Positions 1 to 8,916 of a DNA stretch of 51,770 bases are shown here, piece after piece. Origin of the DNA: Streptosporangiaceae bacterium (lineage in GTDB: Bacteria > Actinomycetota > Actinomycetes > Streptosporangiales > Streptosporangiaceae). The DNA lies in contig DASUHI010000123.1 in assembly GCA_036273575.1 (NCBI GenBank), forward strand, positions 1 through 51,770. The letters run 5' to 3'. A program made the translations under genes and the position numbers. The stretch's first letter is position 1, and each line of letters begins with the position of its first letter. Below the pieces are notes generated by a model that saw only the letters and a list, made by a program, of their open reading frames with translations, had not been told where the DNA came from and made no database searches.

Positions 1-120
1 GCGCGCACTGAGCAGGCGCGCACTGAGCAGGCGCGCACTGCGCAGGCGCGCACTGAGCAGGCGCGCACTGAGCAGGCGCGCACTGAGCAGGCGCGCACTG
101 AGCAGGCGCGCACTGAGCAG
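1..120 (+). repeat. Tandem 15-nt coding repeat GCGCGCACTGAGCAG x8, encoding (ARTEQ)n
   Basis: Eight head-to-tail copies run from nt 1 to 120. Seven are identical. Copy 3 (31-45) has one A->C change (GAG->GCG, giving ARTAQ). The unit length is a multiple of 3 and in frame 1 with the downstream ORF. The array may continue upstream of the window. Confidence 0.95.
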
Positions 121-1284
121 GCCGACGCCAGCCAGGCGACGGTCGCGCACAGCGAGGCCCTCGAACTGGCGGCCGTGGAGGCTGACGGTGGTGCTGCGGT
201 TGCCGCGCGGGCCGAGCCCGAGCGGGCGGTCGTCGCGCAGGCCGAGGACGCCGAGGATGGCGAGGTGCCGGACGTCGCGACGGCGAAGGCCGAAACCGCA
301 GGTCAGGAGGCTCCTGCGGAGCAAACCGCAGCAGAGCCCGGGGCGAAGGCACCCGATGCCTCCTGCGAGACCGACGGCGGTCCGGGGAGCACGTCGACCC
401 GCGGCGACGAGGCCGCCAGCGACGATCGCGGAGACGACGACGGGAACGGCCCAGGCGGCGCGGGTCCCGGCGGCGGTGGCGGCAGGCGGTCCGGGCGCGT
501 GGTCGCGACAGCAGGCCGCTCGCGCGGCAGGAAGGGCGGCGAGTCGTCACGCGCGAACGGCGGCGAGTCGTCACGCGCGGACAGCGCGGGCCCCGCGACG
601 CCAGGCGACGGGTCCAGCGCGGCAACCAGTGGCTCCGGCGTTCAATCCGTCGCCGAAGGCAGTGGCTCTGTTGCCAGCTCCCGCCCAGCCGGCGAGCCGG
701 GCACGCCAGCGGGCCGCGCTGCTCACGCGCAGTTGGCCGAGCCCGTCGGGGCACAGGACGAAACGGATGGCCCGGGACCGCTCGCGCTCGCGGCGTCGGC
801 GGCCAGGGTCGCGACCGAGGCAAGGATCAGGGCCGCGATGCAGCGTGGCCGGCCGGCGGTGACTCAGGCCGCCGTCGCCATGCCAGAAGTCGCTGCTGGC
901 GCGCACGCCGTGCTGTTCGAGGACCCGCCGGAGCCGGAGTACGAGATCGAGATCGACCTCGGCGTCGACTCGGCCTGGGGCGGACCCGAGTTCACGGCGC
1001 AGGAGGTGCTCGCGCCCCAGGATGGGTTCGCGGCGCAGGCGTTCGCGGCCGACGACCCGTTCGCCGAGGAGGACTTCGCGGCTGAGGCGGCAGCCGATCC
1101 CGATGTCGTGCCGCTGCGGGCCGGGCGCGAGGACGCCGGCGATGACGCTGACGAGGACCCGGCGGCCGAAGACGTCCCCGGGCACTCGCCGTCCGGCACA
1201 ATGCGGCGCAACCGGATCGCGCGCGGCTACTCGATCCCGCGTCTATCGCGGTCGAAGCGCCCCGGCGCGATTCCCGGTCTGTAG
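1..1284 (+). CDS. Ala/Glu/Asp/Gly-rich low-complexity repeat protein, 5'-partial (cut by window edge)
   Basis: Frame 1 is open from nt 1. The ARTEQ repeats read without a stop into the listed ORF 175..1284, so GTG 175 is either internal or an alternative start. The stop is TAG at 1282-1284. The protein has an acidic C-terminal half and a basic tail (RRNRIARGYSIPRLSRSKRPG). I recognise no catalytic motif. Confidence 0.6.
   Translation, partial: ARTEQARTEQARTAQARTEQARTEQARTEQARTEQARTEQADASQATVAHSEALELAAVEADGGAAVAARAEPERAVVAQAEDAEDGEVPDVATAKAETAGQEAPAEQTAAEPGAKAPDASCETDGGPGSTSTRGDEAASDDRGDDDGNGPGGAGPGGGGGRRSGRVVATAGRSRGRKGGESSRANGGESSRADSAGPATPGDGSSAATSGSGVQSVAEGSGSVASSRPAGEPGTPAGRAAHAQLAEPVGAQDETDGPGPLALAASAARVATEARIRAAMQRGRPAVTQAAVAMPEVAAGAHAVLFEDPPEPEYEIEIDLGVDSAWGGPEFTAQEVLAPQDGFAAQAFAADDPFAEEDFAAEAAADPDVVPLRAGREDAGDDADEDPAAEDVPGHSPSGTMRRNRIARGYSIPRLSRSKRPGAIPGL
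535..582 (+). repeat. 24-nt tandem duplication inside the CDS (GGESSRAN / GGESSRAD)
   Basis: GGCGGCGAGTCGTCACGCGCGAAC (535-558) is followed directly by GGCGGCGAGTCGTCACGCGCGGAC (559-582). The copies differ at one position and are in frame. Confidence 0.9.
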
Positions 1285-1372
1285 CCCGGGCCGGCGCGTC
1301 GAGTCGGCCGGGCCTTCCCGTGCGGCCGAAAAGCGGATGCGAGGGCGAGCACGATCGTGGTCTTGTTAAGCA

Positions 1373-2182
1373 ATGAATCGCAGTGCGGTGCTTGCCGCCT
1401 TCAACCAGCAGGTCAGGCAGAGCACCACCCCTGACGGCACGGGTGCCAGCTTCGAGGCAGGTCCGCACGTGGTCAGGCGCATCGCGCAGCCGGGCCTCGG
1501 CGGCTCAGGCGTCCTCTGGTCCAGCCTGGACGGCTCAGACGCTGACGAGGTCATCGCCGAGCAGGTCGCGTTCTTCCGCGCGCGCGGCGAGGAGTTCGAG
1601 TGGAAGCTATACAGCTACGACGAGCCGGCCGACCTCGCGGACCGGCTGAGAGCGGCAGGCTTCGTCGCCGAGGAACCAGAGTCGCTGATGATCGCGGCTA
1701 TCGCCGAGATCACCGACGCGCTCAGCTCGGCCGAGCTGCCGGCGGGAGTTAGGCTCGAGCGAGCGACCGACGAGGCTGGCGTAGACCTGCTGATCAGGGT
1801 GCACGACCAGGTTTTCGGCGAGGACGGGTCCGAGATGCGGGCCGAGCTGCTCACGCAGCTCGGCGACGCGCCCGAGACCACCGACATGGTGATCGCCATG
1901 GCTGGCGACGAGCCCGTCAGCGCGGCCAGGACCGATTTCCTGCCCGGCAGGCAGTTCGCCGGGCTCTGGGGCGGCGGAACGCTGCCGCAATGGCGCAGGC
2001 GAGGTATCTACCGGGCGCTCGTCAAGATCCGCGCTGACAGGGCGGCCGAGCGCGGCTACTCCTACCTGACTGTGGACGCTTCCGACCAAAGCCGGCCGAT
2101 TCTGGAGCGGATCGGGTTCGAGTGCCTGGCCGTCACGACTCCGTATAACTGGTCGGCTGGCGGCTCCCGTGTCGCGGGTTAA
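1373..2182 (+). CDS. GNAT family N-acetyltransferase
   Basis: 269 aa, ATG at 1373. It has the acetyl-CoA motif A QWRRRGIYRALV (Q/R-x-x-G-x-G/A) and a GNAT-like C-terminal fold pattern. Confidence 0.8.
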   Translation: MNRSAVLAAFNQQVRQSTTPDGTGASFEAGPHVVRRIAQPGLGGSGVLWSSLDGSDADEVIAEQVAFFRARGEEFEWKLYSYDEPADLADRLRAAGFVAEEPESLMIAAIAEITDALSSAELPAGVRLERATDEAGVDLLIRVHDQVFGEDGSEMRAELLTQLGDAPETTDMVIAMAGDEPVSAARTDFLPGRQFAGLWGGGTLPQWRRRGIYRALVKIRADRAAERGYSYLTVDASDQSRPILERIGFECLAVTTPYNWSAGGSRVAG

Positions 2183-2636
2183 CTGATCTCCTGGTCAGCG
2201 ACGGCCGCGGGAGCGTGGCCTTCTGCGTGGCCTGCTGCGGGGCCGGCGCCACTGCCGCCGTGCAGTACTTGCACCGCGTGGCCCTGGATGGAATAACGCT
2301 CAGGCACTCGGGGCAGTCCCGCTCCGTAGCTTCCCTCCTGCGCTCCGCGAACGCCAGCAGCCTGCTCATGGGAGCGACAAGCAGGAAGTACACCACAGCC
2401 GCGATGATGGTGAACGCGATCACCGCGTTGAGGAAAAGGCCATACCTGATCGCGGAGCCGGCGAGGGTGACCGTGAGCCTGCCGAAGTTGGGCGTTCCTC
2501 CTGCGGCCCCGATCAGCGGCGTGATGATGTCCCTCACCATGGCCTGCACGATGTTGTTGAACGCGACACCCATGACGACCGCAACGGCGAGCTCGACGAT
2601 GTTGCCGCGAAGCAGGAATCTCCTGAAGCCCTTCAT
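2133..2636 (-). CDS. mscL: Large-conductance mechanosensitive channel MscL with a C-terminal Cys4 zinc-ribbon tail
   Basis: The start is trimmed to the internal ATG at 2636. The N-terminus MKGFRRFLLRGNIVELAVAVVMGVAFN is the canonical MscL signature. There are two TM helices and the tail carries CPEC-x11-CKYC. The longer listed ORF (to 2723) adds a non-homologous Ser/Arg-rich extension. Confidence 0.9.
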   Translation of the reverse strand: MKGFRRFLLRGNIVELAVAVVMGVAFNNIVQAMVRDIITPLIGAAGGTPNFGRLTVTLAGSAIRYGLFLNAVIAFTIIAAVVYFLLVAPMSRLLAFAERRREATERDCPECLSVIPSRATRCKYCTAAVAPAPQQATQKATLPRPSLTRRSVNPRHGSRQPTSYTES

Positions 2637-2728
2637 GCGTAATCCCTCCGGGATCGGCGGCAAGCCCGAACGTGAGGTTACAGAAGAACTGCGTTGCGGG
2701 CCGGCGGTCTCAGCGGCGAGCATGAGCC

Positions 2729-3598
2729 ATGGCCTGGACGCTGACCGATGACATCGCCAGCTATCGAGCGGCCGCCGGCGGCTTGCTGAGCGCGGATCCT
2801 GTGCGCAACACCGTGCTGCTGTCCGTCCTCGCCAGCCTGGTCGAGTTCGGGCTGGCGGCCTTCGGCCCGGAGCCCCCGCTCTTCGGCTGGTGGTCCGAGC
2901 ACGACCAAGGCACGAGCGCCGCCGCCCTCACCCGCGTCGCCGCAGCCATCCTGCGGACTCCCCCGCACGAGCTGCTCTTCACCACGCTGCCTGGGCCGTC
3001 CGCCGCGCAGCTCGCGGGCGCGCTGGCCGACCGCGGCGCTGCGCTGCCTGGCATTAATGGCGGAGAACAGGACGCGACTGCGCTCGCAGTCGCCTGGCAT
3101 GAGCGCACCGGGCGGCGAGGCCAGGTCAGTCAGCGCCAGCGGCTGTACCGGCTCGGCGATCTCGTCAGGACCGATCGCGTGCCGGACGGCGCGGCGCGGG
3201 TTGCGACCGAAGCCGACGCGGCCATCGTCAGGGCGTTGTACTCGGCATTCGCGGCCGAGGTCGGCCACGAGGACGCTCCCGAGCAGCTGATCGCCGACCG
3301 GCTCATGGCTGGCCAGCTGATGTTGTGGGAGACGGACGGCGAGCCCGTCTCGTTCGCGGGTTCGACCGGCGTGCTCGAAGGAGTTGCCAGGATCGGGCCG
3401 GTCTACACCCCGCCGCGGTGGCGCGGCCGCGGCTACGGCGGCGCGGTGACGACCGCGATCGGCGAGCTAGCCAGGGAACGCGGAGCGGCATCGGTCGTGC
3501 TGTTCACCGACCTCGCGAATCCGGCGAGCAACTCGCTGTACGTCAGGCTCGGCTACCGGCCGGTCGAGGACCGGGTGGTGCTGAGGTTCTGCGACTGA
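2729..3598 (+). CDS. GNAT family N-acetyltransferase (two-domain, C-terminal GNAT core)
   Basis: 289 aa. Motif A is RWRGRGYGGAVTTAI, followed by LFTDLANPASNSLYVRLGYRPV, which is typical of GNAT beta5-alpha4. Confidence 0.75.
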   Translation: MAWTLTDDIASYRAAAGGLLSADPVRNTVLLSVLASLVEFGLAAFGPEPPLFGWWSEHDQGTSAAALTRVAAAILRTPPHELLFTTLPGPSAAQLAGALADRGAALPGINGGEQDATALAVAWHERTGRRGQVSQRQRLYRLGDLVRTDRVPDGAARVATEADAAIVRALYSAFAAEVGHEDAPEQLIADRLMAGQLMLWETDGEPVSFAGSTGVLEGVARIGPVYTPPRWRGRGYGGAVTTAIGELARERGAASVVLFTDLANPASNSLYVRLGYRPVEDRVVLRFCD

Positions 3599-3602
3599 GC
3601 CC

Positions 3603-3631
3603 GGCTCGGGTCGGCTCGGCTCGGCTCGGTC
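3603..3631. repeat. Pentanucleotide microsatellite (GGCTC)n in an intergenic region
   Basis: The sequence ggctc gggtc ggctc ggctc ggctc ggtc lies immediately after the GNAT stop codon. Confidence 0.8.
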
Positions 3632-3720
3632 ATCGCCATGAATATGCCCGTTTGTTGCCGTCTAGGCCACGCCACCCCTGCTCGTTGTCCCTTTCCCGCC
3701 GACGTGGTACAACAGGCCGA

Positions 3721-4791
3721 ATGACCGCCAGTACGGGTCCCGCGCAGTCCGCTACCGCCGAGCGCGACGGTCGCGGGGTCGCGGCTGTCCGGGTTCGCGG
3801 CCTGCGCAAGAACTACGGGTCCGTGACCGCGCTCGCGGGCGTCGACCTCGACATCGCTCAGGGCGAGTTCTTCACGCTGCTGGGACCGTCCGGCTCCGGC
3901 AAGACCACGCTGCTGCGGCTGATCGCGGGGTTCGAGAGCCCGGACGGCGGCGCGATCGAGCTTGGCGGCAAGGAGATCTCGAAGGTGCCGCCGTACGCAC
4001 GCGACATCAACACGGTCTTCCAGGACTACGCCCTGTTCCCGCACATGTCGGTCAGGCAGAACATCGAGTACGGGCTGCGCGTCAAGGGCGTCGCCAAGTC
4101 CACCCGGCGGGCCAGCGCGAAGCGCGCGCTCGACATGGTGCGCCTGGCCGGGCTCGGCGACCGCAAGCCAGCCCAGCTGTCCGGCGGGCAGCGGCAGCGG
4201 GTCGCGCTGGCCCGCGCGATCGTCAACGAGCCGCAGGTGCTGCTGCTCGACGAGCCGCTCGGCGCGCTCGACCTCAAGCTCCGCCAGGAAATGCAGCTAG
4301 AACTGCAGCATGTGCAGCGCGAGGTGCGGATCACGTTCGTGTACGTGACCCATGACCAAGAAGAAGCGCTGTCGATGAGCGACAGGATCGCGGTGCTGAA
4401 CCACGGTCGTATCGAGCAGGTCGGCACCCCGCTCGAGGTCTACGAACGGCCGCGGTCCGACTTCGTCGCCGGGTTCATCGGGATCTCGAACCTCATTGAG
4501 CGCGACGGCCGGCACATGACCGTGCGGCCCGAGAAGATCCAGCTGCTCGGCGACGGCGAGGAGCCGCCGGCCGGCGCGCACGCTGAAACTGGGATCATCA
4601 AGGACGTCGTCTACGCCGGGGTGATCACCAGGTACATCATCGATCTCGACGCCGGCGGCGAACTCGTGGTCGCCCGGCAGAACGAGCAGTCACCTGCGAC
4701 GGCGCAGAGCGCGCGCGGCAGCCGCGCGCGGATCGCCTGGCTGCCCGACCAGACCATCACCATTTCGCAAGGGGAGGGCGCCCGGCCGTAA
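3721..4791 (+). CDS. ABC transporter ATP-binding protein, PotA/PhnT-like
   Basis: The start is trimmed to ATG 3721 (MTASTGP...), because the listed ORF from 3325 overlaps the GNAT gene. Motifs present: Walker A GPSGSGKTT, signature LSGGQRQRVALARA, Walker B LLLDEPLGALD, and a C-terminal TOBE-like domain. Confidence 0.9.
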   Translation: MTASTGPAQSATAERDGRGVAAVRVRGLRKNYGSVTALAGVDLDIAQGEFFTLLGPSGSGKTTLLRLIAGFESPDGGAIELGGKEISKVPPYARDINTVFQDYALFPHMSVRQNIEYGLRVKGVAKSTRRASAKRALDMVRLAGLGDRKPAQLSGGQRQRVALARAIVNEPQVLLLDEPLGALDLKLRQEMQLELQHVQREVRITFVYVTHDQEEALSMSDRIAVLNHGRIEQVGTPLEVYERPRSDFVAGFIGISNLIERDGRHMTVRPEKIQLLGDGEEPPAGAHAETGIIKDVVYAGVITRYIIDLDAGGELVVARQNEQSPATAQSARGSRARIAWLPDQTITISQGEGARP

Positions 4792-4819
4792 CGGTGCAGG
4801 GCGGAAAGGGCAGGCTGAC

Positions 4820-6043
4820 ATGTTCGGTCGATTCAAGACTCATGGGCGCGCGCTGAGCGGCGTCGCGCTGGTCGGTGTCGCGGGGCTGCTCGCGGCGTGC
4901 AGCAGCGGCGGGGGCGGAGGCACGACCGGCGGGGGCGGGGGCGGCGGCGCGCCGACAGGCGGCGTGCCTACCGCGCACCTGCCGGTGCTGAAGAAGGTCG
5001 GCAAGGGCGAGGGGCAGCTGAACCTCATCGCCTGGAGCGGCTACCTGGAACCCCAGTGGGTCAAGCCGTTCGAGCAGCAGACCGGCTGTCAGGTGAACGC
5101 CAAGTACGCGAACACCTCAGACGAGATGGTCGCGCTGATGGCGAACGGCGGCGGCGGCCAGTACGACATGGTCTCGTCCTCGGGCGACGCCGACCTGCGG
5201 ATCATCTACGGCGGTGACGTCCGCCCGGTCAACATGAGCCTGATCCCCGCTACGAAGGACTTCTTCCCGGCGTTCAAGGCGCCGCCGTTCAACACCGTGG
5301 CGGGCGTGCACTACGGGGTCTCGCTGCAGTGGGGCCCGAACGTGCTCATGTACAGCAAGAAGACCTTCAAGGCGGCGCCGACGTCGTGGAACGTCATCTA
5401 CGGCAGCAAGTACAAGGGCCAGATCACGGTGCCGGACAACCCGATCCAGATCGCGGACGCGGCGCTGTACCTCAAGACGCACAACAAGAGCCTGGGCATC
5501 ACCGACCCGTACGAGCTGACCCAGCCGCAGTTCCAGGCCGCGGTCAAGCTGCTGGCCGACCAGCGGCCGCTGCTCAAGTCGTACTGGCCGCTGGCCAGCC
5601 AGGAGATCTCGGCGTTCAAGAACGGCGACGTGGTCGTCGGGGCGGGGTGGCCGTACCAGGTCAGCCAGCTCCAGGACGCCAAGTTCCCGATCGGGTCGAC
5701 GATCCCCAGCGAGGGGGCGACCGGCTGGGCAGACTCCTGGCTGCTCGCGGCCAAGGCGCCGCACCCGAACTGCGCCTACAAATGGATGCAGTACATCAGC
5801 ACCCCGAAGGTGCAGGCGATGCAGGCGGTGAACTACGGCGAGACGCCGGACAACGCCAAGGCGTGCAGCTTCATGAACAACCTGCAGGCCGGCTCCTGCA
5901 CGCTCTATCACGCCGACGCGCCGGCCGCCTACTTCAAGACGATCGCGCTGTGGAAGACCCCGATCGCCACGTGCGACAACGGCAAGCCGGACTGCGTGCC
6001 GTACTCCCAGTGGGTGACCGCGTGGAACACGCAAGTCAAGTGA
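4820..6043 (+). CDS. ABC substrate-binding lipoprotein, PotD/PotF/PhnS-like
   Basis: It has a signal peptide with lipobox LLAAC followed by a Gly-rich linker. The body resembles the family-1 extracellular solute-binding fold of polyamine/2-aminoethylphosphonate binders. Confidence 0.85.
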   Translation: MFGRFKTHGRALSGVALVGVAGLLAACSSGGGGGTTGGGGGGGAPTGGVPTAHLPVLKKVGKGEGQLNLIAWSGYLEPQWVKPFEQQTGCQVNAKYANTSDEMVALMANGGGGQYDMVSSSGDADLRIIYGGDVRPVNMSLIPATKDFFPAFKAPPFNTVAGVHYGVSLQWGPNVLMYSKKTFKAAPTSWNVIYGSKYKGQITVPDNPIQIADAALYLKTHNKSLGITDPYELTQPQFQAAVKLLADQRPLLKSYWPLASQEISAFKNGDVVVGAGWPYQVSQLQDAKFPIGSTIPSEGATGWADSWLLAAKAPHPNCAYKWMQYISTPKVQAMQAVNYGETPDNAKACSFMNNLQAGSCTLYHADAPAAYFKTIALWKTPIATCDNGKPDCVPYSQWVTAWNTQVK

Positions 6044-6053
6044 CGGGGCGGGG

Positions 6054-6971
6054 TTGACCGACCACGCTGCCCGGGCTGGCGGTGCTGGCAGCCCGGGCGG
6101 CGCCTGGTCGAAGGTGAGCGCGGCGCTGTGGCGGCGGCCGTGGGCGCGGGCGACGCTGCTCCTCACGCCGCCGCTCGCCTGGTTCCTGGTGATCTACATC
6201 GCGGCGCTCGTGGTGCTGCTGATCACCGCATTCTGGACGACCAACTCGTTCACCAACGAGCTGGTGCACGCCTGGAACGTGCAGAACTTCGTCCAGATCT
6301 TCACCACCCCTGCTTACCTGCAGGTCATCGGGCGCACGGTCGGGATGGCGGCCGGCGTCACGGTCGTCGACGGGCTCATCGCGATCCCGTTCGCGTACTT
6401 CATGGCCAGGGTCGCGACGCGGCGGACCAGGACGGTCCTGTACGTAGCTGTCCTGCTCCCGCTGTGGGCGAGCTACCTCGCGAAGGTCTACGCCTGGCAG
6501 CTCGTCTTCACCCGCGAGGGGGTGCTGAACTGGGGCCTCGGCAAGGTCGCGCTGGGCCCGCTGAACCTGATCAACACCAACTGGGCGGTGTTCATCGCGT
6601 TCTGCTATATCTGGCTGCCCTACATGGTGATCCCGGTGTACGCCGCGCTCGAGAGGATCCCCGGCTCGATGATCGAGGCCTCGCAGGACCTCGGCGGAAG
6701 GACGTGGCGGACGACCCGCTCGGTCGTGTTGCCGCTGGCGCTGCCCGGCATCGTCGCCGGGTCGATCTTCACGTTCTCGCTGACGCTCGGTGACTACATC
6801 ACCCCGCAGCTGCTCGGCGGCACCAACTCGGTCTTCATCGGCTCGGTGGCCTACACCAGCTTCCTGTCCAACAACGTCCCGCTCGGGGCCGCGATGGCGA
6901 CGGTGCCCATCGCGATCATGATCGTGTACCTGCTGGGCGCCAGGGCGCTGGGCGCCTTCAGGGAGCTGTGA
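6054..6971 (+). CDS. ABC transporter permease (PotB/PhnU-like)
   Basis: It has six predicted TM segments and the EAA loop IEASQDLGGRTWRTTRSVVLP. The start is TTG at 6054, with an alternative GTG at 6114. Confidence 0.85.
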   Translation: MTDHAARAGGAGSPGGAWSKVSAALWRRPWARATLLLTPPLAWFLVIYIAALVVLLITAFWTTNSFTNELVHAWNVQNFVQIFTTPAYLQVIGRTVGMAAGVTVVDGLIAIPFAYFMARVATRRTRTVLYVAVLLPLWASYLAKVYAWQLVFTREGVLNWGLGKVALGPLNLINTNWAVFIAFCYIWLPYMVIPVYAALERIPGSMIEASQDLGGRTWRTTRSVVLPLALPGIVAGSIFTFSLTLGDYITPQLLGGTNSVFIGSVAYTSFLSNNVPLGAAMATVPIAIMIVYLLGARALGAFREL

Positions 6972-7801
6972 TGGAGCCGGCCGGCGTCCGGGTAGCGCTG
7001 CGGATCTGGGTCGCGCTCGTGCTGCTGTTCTTGTTCGTCCCGATCCTGCTGATCGTGATCTACGCCTTCGACCCGGCGACCGTGGAGAGCTGGCCGATCC
7101 GGGGGTTCACCCTGCACTGGTTCTCCGTGGCCTGGCACGACCAGGAGGTCAGGGCCGCGTTCCTGCTGTCGATCAAGGTCGGCTTGCTGGCCACGGGGAT
7201 CGCGATCGTGCTCGGCTCGGCCGTCGCCTACGCGCTGTACCAGTTCAGCTTCTTCGGCCGGGACGCGATCTCGTTCCTGCTCGTGCTCCCTATCGCGCTG
7301 CCAGGCATCGTCACGGGCCTGGCGCTGAACTCCTTCTTCACGTTCGCGAGCGTTCAGCTGTCGCTGTGGACGATCGTCGTCGGGCACGCCACGTTCTGCA
7401 TCGTGATGGTGTTCAACAACCTCATAGCGCGGCTGCGCAGGACGCCAGGCTCCCTCGCCGAGGCGTCGATGGACCTCGGGGCCCGCGGCTGGCAGACGCA
7501 GCTCTACGTCACGCTGCCTTCGGTGATCACGGCACTGATCTCCGGCGCGCTGCTCGCGTTCGCGCTGTCGTTCGACGAGGTCGTCGTGACCGTGTTCACG
7601 TCCGGTGCGCAGAACACGCTCCCCATCTGGATCTTCGGCCAGCTCAGGCTCGGCCAGCAGCTGCCCGAGGTCAACGCCGTCGTCACGGTCGTGATCGTGC
7701 TCACGATCGTCCCGGTGCTGCTGGCCGCCAGGATCGCCGGCGCCGGAGCCGTTACCAGGACGGCCAGGACCGCGGCGGTCACCGAGACAGGCCGGATCTA
7801 A
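6968..7801 (+). CDS. ABC transporter permease (PotC/PhnV-like)
   Basis: The start overlaps the upstream stop (GTGATG at 6968-6973). The EAA loop is AEASMDLGARGWQTQLYVTLP and the protein is polytopic. Confidence 0.85.
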   Translation: MMEPAGVRVALRIWVALVLLFLFVPILLIVIYAFDPATVESWPIRGFTLHWFSVAWHDQEVRAAFLLSIKVGLLATGIAIVLGSAVAYALYQFSFFGRDAISFLLVLPIALPGIVTGLALNSFFTFASVQLSLWTIVVGHATFCIVMVFNNLIARLRRTPGSLAEASMDLGARGWQTQLYVTLPSVITALISGALLAFALSFDEVVVTVFTSGAQNTLPIWIFGQLRLGQQLPEVNAVVTVVIVLTIVPVLLAARIAGAGAVTRTARTAAVTETGRI

Positions 7802-7805
7802 CGCC

Positions 7806-8900
7806 GTGCTTCCGCCCGGCGTGTCCGCGTCCTGGCTCCGGGCGAGCTGCCCGTGCCGGGCGTGCCTGGACCCCGGCAGCGGCCAGCGCCTGGTGAACAT
7901 CACCGACCAGCCCGCCGACGTCAGCTTCCGCAGCGTCACCGAGGGCGCGGGCTCGTACCACGTGACGTTCGGCCCCGACGGGCACCGGGCGGAGATCGGC
8001 AAGTCCTGGCTCGCCGCCGCGCTCGCTCCCGAGCGCGCCGGCAGGACCGAGGACGCCAAGCGGCTCTGGGTAGCCGCCGACTTCCCAGACGGGCCCGCGC
8101 GGATGAGCTGGACGCGCTGTCGCGCGGGCGGCGAGGACCGCGCGTCCTGCCTGGAGTCGCTGCTCACTGACGGCTTCGTGCTGCTAACCGGCGTGCCCGC
8201 GACGCCCGGGATGGTGCTGGACGTGGCGGCGAGCATGGGCTTCGTCAGGGAGACCAACTACGGCAGGCTCTTCGACGTCCGGGCGACGGTCGATCCCGCC
8301 AACCTGGCCTTCACGCCGCTCGCGATCGCGCCGCACACCGACAACCCGTACCGCGACCCCGTGCCGACCGTGCAGCTGCTGCACTGCCTGGCCAGCGCAG
8401 CCGAGGGCGGCGACTCCGGCCTCGTCGACGGGTTCGCCGCGGCCAGCCTGCTGCGCGCCGAGGAGCCGGCGGCGTTCGCGACCCTGACCGGCACCCCTGT
8501 GACGTTCCGCTACGCCGACAAGACCGCTGACCTGCAGGCGACGATGCCGATGATCGGCCTGGACCCGCGCGGCCGGATCAGGGAAGTCCGCTTCAACAAC
8601 CGCTCGCTCCAGCCGCTTCGGGCGCCGGGCGGGCCGCCAGAGCCTGCAGCGGCCGACGCCTTCTACCGTGCCTACCGCGCCTTCGCGGGGCTGCTGGCGA
8701 GGCCCGAGCTCATGCTGACGTTCCGGCTGGAGCCTGGCGACTGCGTGGTCTTCGACAACACCAGGGTGCTGCACGCGAGGACAGCGTTCACCGCGCGTCA
8801 AGGGCCCGGCCACCGCCACCTGCAAGGCTGCTACGCGGACCTCGACGGCGTCGCCTCGGAACTGGCCGTGCTGCGCCGCGAAGAAGAGATTCAGGGATAA
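7806..8900 (+). CDS. Fe(II)/2-oxoglutarate dioxygenase of the gamma-butyrobetaine hydroxylase / TmpA / PhnY* family
   Basis: The N-terminal Zn-knuckle motif WLRASCPCRAC...H resembles DUF971/BBOX. The TauD-fold facial triad is visible as APHTDNPY (HxD) and a distal VLHARTAF. The start lies 5 nt after the permease stop. Confidence 0.75.
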   Translation: MLPPGVSASWLRASCPCRACLDPGSGQRLVNITDQPADVSFRSVTEGAGSYHVTFGPDGHRAEIGKSWLAAALAPERAGRTEDAKRLWVAADFPDGPARMSWTRCRAGGEDRASCLESLLTDGFVLLTGVPATPGMVLDVAASMGFVRETNYGRLFDVRATVDPANLAFTPLAIAPHTDNPYRDPVPTVQLLHCLASAAEGGDSGLVDGFAAASLLRAEEPAAFATLTGTPVTFRYADKTADLQATMPMIGLDPRGRIREVRFNNRSLQPLRAPGGPPEPAAADAFYRAYRAFAGLLARPELMLTFRLEPGDCVVFDNTRVLHARTAFTARQGPGHRHLQGCYADLDGVASELAVLRREEEIQG

Positions 8901-8916
8901 CAGGACGAGGACGATC

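Noticed and set aside
1-120. Possible CRISPR array or non-coding satellite at the window start
   Set aside because: The units are contiguous with no spacers and only 15 nt long. They lie in frame with an open reading frame that continues to 1284. This is a coding tandem repeat, not a CRISPR array.
3599-3720. PhoP (PHO box) direct repeats upstream of the phosphonate-type operon
   Set aside because: I looked for GTTCACC-type 11-nt direct repeats and found none. Only the GGCTC microsatellite is present, so no Pho-regulation claim is made.
6851-8257. 468-aa minus-strand ORF across the permease and dioxygenase genes
   Set aside because: It is antisense to two genes with clear family motifs. Its translation is Arg/Asp/Pro/Gly-rich low complexity, typical of shadow ORFs in high-GC DNA.
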